Source: an uncultured Candidatus Saccharibacteria bacterium
GTDB taxonomy: Bacteria > Patescibacteriota > Doudnabacteria > UBA920
DNA length: 64,000 nucleotides
Assembly: GCA_964561085.1 (NCBI GenBank)
Contig: CAZLNP010000001.1
Location: 75,335 to 139,334, forward strand
Direction: 5' to 3'
Positions within the stretch are counted from its first letter, which is position 1. Every line of letters starts with the position of its first letter. Shown here in pieces: positions 9,892 through 18,609 of the stretch. Both the position numbers and the translations under genes were made by a program. A model generated the notes under the pieces. The model was not told the origin of the DNA. It worked only from the letters and a program-made list of their open reading frames with translations, and did not search any database.

Positions 9892-9995
9892 ATATATCTA
9901 GTATATGCTCCCCCACTTTTTAAGTCAAACTTGAGAGGTGTTCATATGCATGGTATGATGTGCATGACAATCGCATTCTAAAGCCACTCTGGCTC

Positions 9996-10030
9996 AAATA
10001 AAGCCGCCCGAAAGGGCGGCTTTATTATTG
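9996..10030. terminator. bidirectional intrinsic terminator ending the 1760-aa surface protein gene
   Basis: AAGCCGCCC-GAAA-GGGCGGCTT hairpin flanked by A-run and T-run. Confidence 0.65.
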
Positions 10031-10065
10031 TCTATTTTATCTTTAGCTAATTTAGTATTGCAAGT

Positions 10066-13000
10066 TTAGAACCCCAGCACTCCAGCAGCACGGGTCACAA
10101 GAACTTGGGTCTGTTGAAGAAGTTTGTCTGCAGTATTAGCTGCTACTGCTGTAATTGGGTTGTATCCCCAAGAAGATAGGACTTCCATGGAAGGAATACC
10201 AGCTAGAGCGTTGTCTTTAATGACTTGAAGAGTACCACTGTTGTTAATTAGAGTTCCTGATCTGTGGGTAGAGTTAGGATCAGAGATATTGTCTGTTGAA
10301 GTCATGAAAGAGACATCTCCATACAAGGCATTAGCAAAGGAGAAGCCTTGAGCTTTGAACACCTTCTCAGAAACAAATCCTGCTTTCATTCCACCAGTGA
10401 TTAGGTAACAAGTGCCTTTGTCTGTACCACGATCTGAGCAAGTGATTGAGCCATCTCTTGGAGGAATGAATGATCCTACCGGAAGAGTTAGATCAGAGCT
10501 GCGAGCGGGAACTGCATTGCTCCAAGTGTTAAAGCCATATGAAAGGTATGCACCTGCTGAAGTGTAAGGCCTGCGTTTACCATCTGAAGTAAGAGTGTAG
10601 ATGGTTCCAGTCGAGTCTACGATGTTAGTACCTACTGGATGGCGAGTGACAGAGCCGGAGGTTGAGCCAGATGCAGAAGCTGTGCCAAACAGTGCGAACA
10701 TTGAGAAACCGCCTGTTTCGCAAGTCACAGTATTTGCATTTGTATCTACTGTGCAAGGAGCTAGCGAAGACCAAGTTCCTGAGCTATATCGCCAAACCAC
10801 AAGAGATGATTCACTGATACCATCTATCTCATCATCTTCATAAGAGAAAGTTAAAGTAATAGGATCATTAAAAGAAGTTACGGATGTCCCAATTCCTGTT
10901 AAGGCTTTCAAGTCGTATGTGTGGCCATTTACAGGGTTTAACCCTGTAGGCATTCCAGAAGCGATTAATGCATCTGCAGTATTTATTTGCTTAATCTGGA
11001 ATACAGACTCTGCCCCAACAGCTCCAGCAGGGATATCTAATTCAATTCCAGAATCCCCATCTGTTAATTCAACCGTGCCTCCAGTAGCATTAGAAACATT
11101 ATCACCTATTTCACTTTCTACTTCTGCAGAACCAGTACAACCGTCAGTTGTAAATGTTGCACTAGAACTTGAAGTAGAAACAGATGAAGCGTCTACCGAT
11201 ACCACACTGTAGTGGTATGTAGTACAAGCAGCAAGGGAAGAGATTGTCTTTGAGTGTGAAAGTACTCGTGGAGAAGTATCCGTTACTGCGGAGGTCTCTG
11301 TGTGAGTAGAAGTAAGTCCGTATGTTACACCAGTAGAAGCAAGAGAGCCTGTTGTCCAAGTGATAACCGCACTAGTGGTCGCAGGATTAACACTAATAGC
11401 GGAAATTACTGGGCCAGTTGTATCGATTACCAAAGCCTTGTTGGCAGCTAAGTTAGTAGTCGGAACGAAGTTTACCATGGCATGAGCATCAAGATCAGCG
11501 ATGGTTCCAGAAATAGTTTTAACGGTTAAGTCATCGGTCGAATCACCAGCTTGAACTGTGTAATTACAACTTCCACTGGTCGCGCTAGTGACTGTAAAAG
11601 TACAGGTCCTGTCTGTCGCACCAGTTTCCAATGTCACTGTGACGTTGCCAGTTGAAGTAACAGCCTTCGAGAAGGTGACATCAATGTCTATTACTTCACC
11701 AACGCTGTATGTACCATTAGCTTTGTCAGAAGAAACATTAGTAATAGTTGGAGCGGAAGAATCTAGGGTTACAGGGTGATCAAAGTGAACTGCCCAGTTG
11801 TACAAAGTGTTGCTGTACAAAGATGGGTACGGGTCTGTATCACGCAAGTTCCCAGCTGCGCTGCCAGCATTTTGTGCACCAGTGTTTGTTCCAGGCACAC
11901 CTGTATAAGCGTATCTTAAGCGTTGGTTATTGCCTGTTGGAGTACCGCTTAGAGTAACTCTAACTGTATCGGTGTCAACTAACTCAACTGAGCTAATTGT
12001 TGCCGATGAAGTTGAGTCGTAATATTCAAATCCATAGTTTGTGCGGGCACTAACTAGAGTTGTATCAAAAGCTAGTTGCCCTGCAGGGACATGGAAGTCT
12101 GCCAAAATTACGTTCCCTGTACGAGTAACAGTGTCTGGGCTCAATGGGCGCCAAGTCTCATGATCTATAGCAACTTTCTTAATTACTTTCGCATGATACT
12201 CCCCTAACCAACGGGAACTTGCTGCAGTTAAGTGATGTCGATCTGAGTAGCTAAAGAAGTATTTTGGAGCAACTAGTACGATCTCATCTGGATTATCTTC
12301 CGCTGCATACAATTGATAGATTGGGATTTCCGAAGTAGCATCGTTAGCGTAAGAAGACATGAAAGAACTCATCTGGTCGATGAACATGTAAACCTCATTA
12401 CTCTGTCCAGTAATTGCTTTTACATCAGTATCGTAATCGTTCTGCCATTCTTCTAAGTAACCCTGATATGTTGCTCCACTTACATTATTGAAGTTATCAG
12501 TTTCACCATGAATATTAGTTACGCCCATTACACGAGACACTCGGCCAAGAGACAAAGCAGCGCTTTTTGCATTCGTAACTTGGTTCATCGCATTAGTATA
12601 TGGCCCTGTCCCCTTTTTCAGCTGGGAATATGTATAACCACTAACTCCATGGAGCGACATAACTGTATCTAAATCATTGCCGGTATCGTTGAAAGTCAAA
12701 GAGTTTGCAATCGCACTACTCATGGTTTCAACACTGCTTTCTATCAAAGCTGTGAAGCTACCGCCAGCACCCATTCCACCAGAACCACCGGTTAACATTT
12801 TGTTAGAGTAAGGTTGTGTAGTCGAAAGGGCTGGGCTTGCAGCAACACCAACAGACAAACTTTGACCTGTAGACAGAATTTGGTTTAAATAATTGATTGT
12901 AGCAACTTGGCTAGTTGCAGAACTAAGAGTTGCGGATCCAGTTGTCGGTGCAGTTGCACTACCTGGCGTTACTTCAAACTTCAGGTACATGCCAATATCG

Positions 13001-15348
13001 TCTTCATCTACTATATACGTAGTACTAGTAGCGCCAGAAATAGCAGAATAGCTGCCACCAGCGCTTGTAGCAGTTAGCCATCTGAAAGTAGAACCTGATT
13101 CCGAGTTGCCGTTCACGTCTACAAAGGTGTACGTTCCTGTAAGTTGCTCCCCAACTGCTGCATTCCCTGAAATAGCTACACCTGTCGCAGTTGGCGCGGT
13201 TGGAGTTGCAGAAACTGGACGAGCTGTAGCTGTAGATGATGGATCACTTGTACCATTGCTATTAATTCCAGATACGCGGAAGTTATAATTCAAACCGTTA
13301 GTTAATCCTGTAACCGTAGCTCCTGTGGAAGTAGAAGTGCCATCAGAAAAAGTTAACCAGGTCCCAGAAGTACTGAGCTTGTATTCAACTAAGTAATCAG
13401 TAATTGCAGCGCCGTTGTCTGCTCCAGCAGTCCAAGTCAACGCTACCTGTCCGTCACCAGGTGTTGCACCTAAACCAGATGGAGCAGCTGGGCCAGTTGC
13501 GGGTTCTATAATTTGTACATTATCTAAGTCGCTAGTACCAGTACTACTCATTGCACCCAGCCAGAACCCTTCGTCAGTAAATGTGCCAGATGTAATAGTT
13601 GCGCTTGGTGTTCCAGAACCATTTACAAACACGCTCGCACCTCCACCTTGGAGCGCCGTTAAGGTTAAGGTGAATGGAACTCCATTTGTACAAGATGTGA
13701 ATCCGCTCAAAGTTTGAGGTGATGCAGATGGACCGGATCCAGCAACGTTTGACCCACCAGTCCAGTAATACAATTCCCAGTTCGTTGCATTAGCTAAAAG
13801 AATATAAGATGATGTTCCTACTCCAGTGAAAACTAAATCACCATAGCCAATTGCTACTGGGCCCACACCCGAACCACAAGATGACCTAGTAACAGTAACT
13901 GTAATACTTACATCGCCGTTAGTTCTATCATATGTTTGTACTGTACTCAGTCCAGCGCCACCCCATGCACCAGTACCGGTTATATTTAGATCTCCATTTT
14001 GTTGAACGTTTCCAACAGTCCCTCCCGTACCACCTGGATCAAGCTCAGTCCATTTGTCAGTATCAATAGTGGTGCCAGTAAAATCATCTGACATAGCAAA
14101 GGTATTTGGAATACCGTTAGCTGTACTGGAAACAGGGCCAGTTCCTACAGAGTTAGTAGCAGAAACGCGGAAGTTATATGTAGAACCGTTTACTAAGCCA
14201 GTAACTGTTGCCCCAGTTGAGCCTGATGTGCCGTCGGAAAAAGTAGTCCAAGTAGTGGGCTCAGTGGAAAGTTTATACTCTACTATATAGTCAGTAATAG
14301 CCGCGCCGCCGTTGGTAAGAGGTGCGGACCAAGTCAAAGTTGATTGTCCGCTCGTTCCGCTAGATGCAGACAAGCCTTGCGGTGCAGATGGGACACTTAA
14401 CGCGGGAGTTGCGGTCGCTGTACTGGAAGGTACGCCGGTGCCCACCGAGTTAGTCGCAGAGACGCGGAAATTATAGCTCAACCCATTTGTTAAACCGGTT
14501 ACTGTAGTAGCCGCTGTAGTTGATGTACCGTCTGAAAAAGTAGTCCAAGTAGTTGGTTCGCTAGCCAATTTATATTCGACTAAGTAATCAGTAATAGCCG
14601 CCCCACCATTGCTAACAGGAGCTGTCCATGTTAATCCCATTGCAGTGCTGGCAGGTGTTGTTGTAAGTCCAGTTGGAGCGTCAGGGGCCGTCGCAGCACT
14701 TGCGCTAGCAATCACAACGTTATCAATTAACGTAGCTGTGCCGGAATGCCCCGAAAGGAAAAAACCTTTGTTGGTAAAAGTACCGCCGGTCAATGTCGCT
14801 GCCGCGGTGCCACTCCCGTTAATGTATAGAGCAGCGCCACTAGTGGAATCAATAGCGATGCGGGCACTAAAAGCCACGCCGTTGGTACAGCTAAAAGCTG
14901 TGGTAATATTTTCAGCATTACCATTAGCAAGCTGTCGGGAGAAATAAACTGTATTTGATACAACGTACAGAGTATAAGACTGTCCGCCGCCGGTCAACAC
15001 CCCAGGATCTCCATATCCAATACCAAAAATACTACTACCACTAGCGCAAGTCACATCAGCTGTCATCTCTAATCCCCCAACAGACCTATCATATGTATCG
15101 TCAGTAACCAAATAGTTGTTACCCCAAGAAGCAGAACCTGTCATGCTCAAAGACCCATTCTGTTGAATGTTCCCAGAAGTTCCCCCTACGCCACCAGCAT
15201 CTGTCTCATTCCATTTTACTGTATTAATAGTGGTTCCAGTAAAATCATCTGATAAAAGAGTCGATGCCTGGGAAAGATTAAACGTACTAGTAATGATTCC
15301 TGTCACTGCAAGAACTGCTATGAGCGTATATATGGACTTTTTGAACAT
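10066..15348 (-). CDS. Giant secreted surface protein (1760 aa): signal peptide, tandem LamG/ConA-like + fibronectin type III modules, SASA/SGNH-like esterase-like domain, Ig-like and FN3 domains
   Basis: N-terminal MFKKSIYTLIAVLAVTG signal/anchor. Repeated DDFTGTTI(N/D)T.KW modules, each followed by FN3-like PSAP..LTWTAP..GGAAITDY.VEYK...Y.FRVSA.N units. Central region has GQSLSVG, reminiscent of the sialate-O-acetylesterase GQSN motif. Near-identical ~200-bp DNA tandem repeats (approx 14150-14350 vs 14445-14640). Confidence 0.8.
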   Translation of the reverse strand: MFKKSIYTLIAVLAVTGIITSTFNLSQASTLLSDDFTGTTINTVKWNETDAGGVGGTSGNIQQNGSLSMTGSASWGNNYLVTDDTYDRSVGGLEMTADVTCASGSSIFGIGYGDPGVLTGGGQSYTLYVVSNTVYFSRQLANGNAENITTAFSCTNGVAFSARIAIDSTSGAALYINGSGTAAATLTGGTFTNKGFFLSGHSGTATLIDNVVIASASAATAPDAPTGLTTTPASTAMGLTWTAPVSNGGAAITDYLVEYKLASEPTTWTTFSDGTSTTAATTVTGLTNGLSYNFRVSATNSVGTGVPSSTATATPALSVPSAPQGLSASSGTSGQSTLTWSAPLTNGGAAITDYIVEYKLSTEPTTWTTFSDGTSGSTGATVTGLVNGSTYNFRVSATNSVGTGPVSSTANGIPNTFAMSDDFTGTTIDTDKWTELDPGGTGGTVGNVQQNGDLNITGTGAWGGAGLSTVQTYDRTNGDVSITVTVTRSSCGSGVGPVAIGYGDLVFTGVGTSSYILLANATNWELYYWTGGSNVAGSGPSASPQTLSGFTSCTNGVPFTLTLTALQGGGASVFVNGSGTPSATITSGTFTDEGFWLGAMSSTGTSDLDNVQIIEPATGPAAPSGLGATPGDGQVALTWTAGADNGAAITDYLVEYKLSTSGTWLTFSDGTSTSTGATVTGLTNGLNYNFRVSGINSNGTSDPSSTATARPVSATPTAPTATGVAISGNAAVGEQLTGTYTFVDVNGNSESGSTFRWLTATSAGGSYSAISGATSTTYIVDEDDIGMYLKFEVTPGSATAPTTGSATLSSATSQVATINYLNQILSTGQSLSVGVAASPALSTTQPYSNKMLTGGSGGMGAGGSFTALIESSVETMSSAIANSLTFNDTGNDLDTVMSLHGVSGYTYSQLKKGTGPYTNAMNQVTNAKSAALSLGRVSRVMGVTNIHGETDNFNNVSGATYQGYLEEWQNDYDTDVKAITGQSNEVYMFIDQMSSFMSSYANDATSEIPIYQLYAAEDNPDEIVLVAPKYFFSYSDRHHLTAASSRWLGEYHAKVIKKVAIDHETWRPLSPDTVTRTGNVILADFHVPAGQLAFDTTLVSARTNYGFEYYDSTSSATISSVELVDTDTVRVTLSGTPTGNNQRLRYAYTGVPGTNTGAQNAGSAAGNLRDTDPYPSLYSNTLYNWAVHFDHPVTLDSSAPTITNVSSDKANGTYSVGEVIDIDVTFSKAVTSTGNVTVTLETGATDRTCTFTVTSATSGSCNYTVQAGDSTDDLTVKTISGTIADLDAHAMVNFVPTTNLAANKALVIDTTGPVISAISVNPATTSAVITWTTGSLASTGVTYGLTSTHTETSAVTDTSPRVLSHSKTISSLAACTTYHYSVVSVDASSVSTSSSSATFTTDGCTGSAEVESEIGDNVSNATGGTVELTDGDSGIELDIPAGAVGAESVFQIKQINTADALIASGMPTGLNPVNGHTYDLKALTGIGTSVTSFNDPITLTFSYEDDEIDGISESSLVVWRYSSGTWSSLAPCTVDTNANTVTCETGGFSMFALFGTASASGSTSGSVTRHPVGTNIVDSTGTIYTLTSDGKRRPYTSAGAYLSYGFNTWSNAVPARSSDLTLPVGSFIPPRDGSITCSDRGTDKGTCYLITGGMKAGFVSEKVFKAQGFSFANALYGDVSFMTSTDNISDPNSTHRSGTLINNSGTLQVIKDNALAGIPSMEVLSSWGYNPITAVAANTADKLLQQTQVLVTRAAGVLGF

Positions 15349-15410
15349 AAGGGTTTATTTTAATTCTGCTTTAAGTATGACATATTATTCTCTTATCATT
15401 GATTCAGCCC

Positions 15411-15439
15411 TTGACATTTATCCACAATTGGAGTATACT
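15411..15439 (+). promoter_or_regulatory. consensus sigma70 promoter (TTGACA-17-TATACT) reading rightwards into GC-rich segment
   Basis: TTGACA at 15411-15416, exactly 17-nt spacer, TATACT at 15434-15439. Confidence 0.55.
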
Positions 15440-15446
15440 CTAGCGT

Positions 15447-15838
15447 CGGATGCGTTTCTGGTGCCACCATAGACTGGTGACCCTGGGAATGATCCGCAGT
15501 ATTAACGGAGGATGTCTGCCTACAGAGCGCGGTGCGCTGTTGTGGAAAGACGAGAAAGGACTCTATGTCCCAGACTCTGAGAAAAGCTACTCGCTCTCTA
15601 GTGAAAGCGACCAAAGTAGCCCATGTGCATCAGATGCTAGGAGTGCTCATTGTAGTAGCTCATGCATCAGAAATCACTAGAGTGATTTCGCACATCAGCT
15701 TGTGGCACTTAGCCATAGCAATGGTTCTCTTCGGACTATGGCTAGCCAGCGAAAAGCACTCATCAAAAGAGCTGGCATAGAGGCCAGCACACCCTAAAAA
15801 CTGGACTGCATACTTATTGCGGCTCAGTTTTTTCTTTT
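15447..15838 (+). ncRNA. candidate ~390-nt structured RNA or mRNA of a 71-aa membrane peptide (identity unresolved)
   Basis: Noticeably GC-richer than surroundings, many local hairpins (e.g. GCCATAG...CTATGGC). Bounded by consensus promoter and intrinsic terminator (AAAAACTGGACTGC...GCGGCTCAGTTTTT at 15796-15838). No RNase P or tmRNA signature could be recognised by eye. Confidence 0.3.
15565..15780 (+). CDS. alternative reading of the same unit: 71-aa basic N-terminus/two hydrophobic helix peptide (possible small membrane toxin-like protein)
   Basis: GAAAGGA Shine-Dalgarno 5 nt before ATG at 15565; MSQTLRKATRSLVKATKVAHVHQMLGVLIVVAHASEITRVISHISLWHLAIAMVLFGLWLASEKHSSKELA. Confidence 0.25.
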   Translation: MSQTLRKATRSLVKATKVAHVHQMLGVLIVVAHASEITRVISHISLWHLAIAMVLFGLWLASEKHSSKELA

Positions 15839-15917
15839 ATTGGCTATCTGGGGGGTTAATGAGGGGCTTGATTTTTTCCTCAATTTCTGTTACAATTCGA
15901 TAGTTATTTAAGTTCAT

Positions 15918-15992
15918 GGCGCTATCGTCTAACGGTTAGGACAGACGGTTTTCATCCGTCAAATCGGAGTTCGATTCTCCGTAGCGCTACCA
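15918..15992 (+). tRNA. tRNA-Glu (anticodon TTC), CCA encoded
   Basis: 7-bp acceptor GGCGCTA/TAGCGCT (G1-U72), D-arm GTCT AACGGTTAGG AC, anticodon stem GACGG/CCGTC with loop TTTTCAT, T-arm CGGAG TTCGATT CTCCG, discriminator A then CCA. Confidence 0.85.
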
Positions 15993-17452
15993 CCTAACAT
16001 TTTATCCCTTTTGGAGATAGGCAAACATTCTTTTTTCCAATTGGTTATTACATTTTTATCACTTAGAGAAAAGTTTTCCACTAAACTTTTCACAAGACGG
16101 CGTCGGGATTCTTCCGACGCTGTTTTGTATGCAATGGTTGGGCTTTTAAGCAGTTTTCCAAGGTTTTCCATTTTCAGCATCGATTCAGCATTTTCAGACT
16201 GTACGCCATTTAATTGTTCAGTATATTCAATTTTTTTGTTTAACAATTTTGACTTCATGGATTGATAATCTTCGCTACTGATACTTTTGTCCAAAAATCG
16301 ATCCATTATATCGTCAAGCTGTTTCTCTACTTTATGAATTTCAAATATCCATTTAGCAGTAAGCTCCCCCTGTTGGCTTTTCAAGTCTTCCCTTAACTGT
16401 CCGATTGCTTTCAAAAACATTACTACTTCTTCATCCGAAAATTCAATACCCTTTAGTTCTTCAAAAAACTGTTCATCTACAAGTTCTTCTAACAAATTAT
16501 ATTTATGTTCTGCGCTGCGGCAGTTGTAGTACTTATAATAAACATTTCTATGTACTTTAGTTGAAGAAATACATCTTAATGGTCTATCGCAGGTAGGACA
16601 ATTAAGCATTCCTTGAAATACATACAACCGTTTTCTTTTATGCTTAAAGCTCTTCTTGTCTAACACTTCCTGAACTTTATCAAATAAAGATTTAGTAATG
16701 ATCGGTTGATGAATACCTTTGAAATCTCCTTTATTAGTCCACCGTACGATTCCGTAGTAAAATGGGTTTCTAAACATTTTATAAAGTGTTTTGTGTTTTA
16801 CCAAACCACCGTCATTATTCCTTAACCCCATTTCTTTTAACTTATCCTGTAAAGGTATAATCCCATACAAACCAGTAGCAAACATTTCGAATGCTTGTTT
16901 TACAAGTCTACTTTGAACAGGGTCAGGTTCTTTGAAACCTTTTTTAGAATCTAAATAACCGATTGGAGCTCTTGATGGAAAAAGTCCTTGTTCTAACATT
17001 CTATCAAATGCTGTATTTACTTTAACCCGCAATCTTTGGCTATAGACTGTTGCCTGCCCCCATAAATCATAAATTCTTGAAAGGTCATCGTCTGATTGAG
17101 TTGTGAGATTTTCAGCAGCAAAGTGAAAGTGATAGCCTTGTTCAATAAGTTTGTAAAAATTTCCAATATCTTGGTAATTCCTTGACGATCTGTCCACGGT
17201 AGCAAAGCAAATTCCAGCTAACTTTTCTTTCTTTAATCTTTGTATTAACATGCCAAACAACTTTCTCCCAGGACGAAAGGAAGATTCTACCCCCTCAAAG
17301 AAGTCAACTATTTCTAACCCTCTCTGTTTTGCATATAGTTCTATTTGTTTCTTTTGAATTTCTGGACTCCAGTTTGTTGCTTGGTCTTTTGAACTGACCC
17401 GTACATAAGCTAAGAATTTATTATTAGATAATTTTTTCATGTTGTCCTTCAT
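15959..17452 (-). CDS. Large serine recombinase (resolvase catalytic domain + recombinase domain + zinc ribbon + coiled coil)
   Basis: AYVRVSSKDQ catalytic serine motif near N-terminus, CPTCDRPLRC...C zinc ribbon, 497 aa; C-terminal codons overlap the tRNA-Glu 3' half. Confidence 0.9.
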   Translation of the reverse strand: MKDNMKKLSNNKFLAYVRVSSKDQATNWSPEIQKKQIELYAKQRGLEIVDFFEGVESSFRPGRKLFGMLIQRLKKEKLAGICFATVDRSSRNYQDIGNFYKLIEQGYHFHFAAENLTTQSDDDLSRIYDLWGQATVYSQRLRVKVNTAFDRMLEQGLFPSRAPIGYLDSKKGFKEPDPVQSRLVKQAFEMFATGLYGIIPLQDKLKEMGLRNNDGGLVKHKTLYKMFRNPFYYGIVRWTNKGDFKGIHQPIITKSLFDKVQEVLDKKSFKHKRKRLYVFQGMLNCPTCDRPLRCISSTKVHRNVYYKYYNCRSAEHKYNLLEELVDEQFFEELKGIEFSDEEVVMFLKAIGQLREDLKSQQGELTAKWIFEIHKVEKQLDDIMDRFLDKSISSEDYQSMKSKLLNKKIEYTEQLNGVQSENAESMLKMENLGKLLKSPTIAYKTASEESRRRLVKSLVENFSLSDKNVITNWKKECLPISKRDKMLGGSATENRTPI

Positions 17453-18176
17453 ATATGTTTCCTTTATATGATATTTTATTTTTATAAATATCGTTAGTTA
17501 ATATTTTTTTAATTGTTGACGGCCACCACCTGTTACCTCCACGCTTTGTTGGTATGCTTCGCAAATTTAGGTATGCAGCAATTTTAGTAAGATTCATTCT
17601 CTTATAGCGTTTTAAGTGAAAGATTTTTCTTACAATATCTGCCTCTGCTTGATTTGTTATCAACTGTCCGTCTTTGCAGTCGTATCCGTAAATTTCTCCT
17701 CCATGCCACCTCCCCTTAGCTGCAGCCGAAGCGCGTCCGTTGGTCAGTCGCATTGTAATCATGGCTCTTTCGAATTCACTAAAAGCACCTATAATTTGCC
17801 TAAACAGTTTACGAGTTGCATCATTACTACCTAAGTCTGGTTCAGTTAGTGAGATTAGCTGTTTATTTAGTTTTATAAACTCTCTTATTAGTCCTTCCTG
17901 GATATAGAGGTCACGGGCTAATCTCGTCAGTGACAAAATTACAACTGCTTTTACTTCGCTATTAACTTCTAAATACTGCATCATTTGTGCCAGCGCTGGC
18001 CTATGTTCCAAACCGCCACTTACACCATCGTCTTTAAACCATTCAACTATTTCTATACCGTTCTTTTTTGCATAATTTGATATTGATTCAACTTGTAATT
18101 CAATGTTGTCATTTTCCGCTTGTAGTGCAGTTGATACTCTGCAATATGCTATCGCTTGCATTTTCGTTCCTTCCAT
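17424..18176 (-). CDS. Serine recombinase, short form (resolvase domain + partial recombinase domain, no zinc ribbon)
   Basis: AIAYCRVSTALQ catalytic motif; 250 aa; 3' end overlaps the start of the 497-aa recombinase by 29 nt. Confidence 0.8.
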   Translation of the reverse strand: MEGTKMQAIAYCRVSTALQAENDNIELQVESISNYAKKNGIEIVEWFKDDGVSGGLEHRPALAQMMQYLEVNSEVKAVVILSLTRLARDLYIQEGLIREFIKLNKQLISLTEPDLGSNDATRKLFRQIIGAFSEFERAMITMRLTNGRASAAAKGRWHGGEIYGYDCKDGQLITNQAEADIVRKIFHLKRYKRMNLTKIAAYLNLRSIPTKRGGNRWWPSTIKKILTNDIYKNKISYKGNIYEGQHEKII

Positions 18177-18472
18177 ATCTGATTACTAACTTTTGCGAAT
18201 TCTGACCGAGCGAACTTTATCCCCTTTAACAACGAAAACGCTTTCGCGTAATCTGCGTCTAGTATTGCCCTAATTCTGTCCTGTTCCATCTGCCTTAATT
18301 TTTGTGAAGTACCTTTTAGCCACTCGAGCCGTTCTTCACAATTAGAGAATTTCATGTTACTCCAAATATAAAACCACCAGAGAATGAACTGCCAATTGTT
18401 ACGACACAACAACAGTTTCCCTGGTGGTTTAATTAAACTATACCAAATAAAAATTTGGCGTTCAATATCCAT
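18149..18472 (-). CDS. hypothetical small protein (likely starts at internal MKFSNCEER...)
   Basis: ORF from track upstream of the recombinase pair; N-terminal part of the track ORF is tryptophan-rich and implausible. Confidence 0.3.
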   Translation of the reverse strand: MDIERQIFIWYSLIKPPGKLLLCRNNWQFILWWFYIWSNMKFSNCEERLEWLKGTSQKLRQMEQDRIRAILDADYAKAFSLLKGIKFARSEFAKVSNQIWKERKCKR

Positions 18473-18609
18473 TGTTGTGTCGTATATAAATAGTAATCAC
18501 TATAGATGGCAAAGTACAATCTAGTCCGCAACTAGCCACAAAAGTATTCCCCTGTATACTCTTTATTAAATCCTCCTAAAATGGTGTCTATGGTGTATAT
18601 GCTGTCAGG

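Noticed and set aside
10601-15472. Numerous 60-110-aa ORFs on the plus strand inside the giant minus-strand gene (10601..10843, 10919..11212, 13106..13288, 13415..13717, 14054..14290, 14609..14947, 15167..15472 and others)
   Set aside because: They are antisense to a continuous 1760-aa ORF with clear domain structure; their Pro/Val/Ala-rich composition is the mirror image of the Thr/Ser/Gly-rich sense strand. Artefacts.
15440-15840. Assigning the GC-rich unit specifically to RNase P RNA or tmRNA
   Set aside because: No P4 consensus, no tRNA-like T-arm or CCA-proximal acceptor, and only ~55 nt follow the tag-like reading frame; identity left open.
15918-15992. Alternative reading of the tRNA locus as tRNA-Phe(GAA) on the minus strand (anticodon loop is nearly self-complementary)
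   Set aside because: Only the plus strand gives a canonical T-loop (TTCGATT) and D-loop (AACGGTTAGG); the minus-strand fold lacks them.
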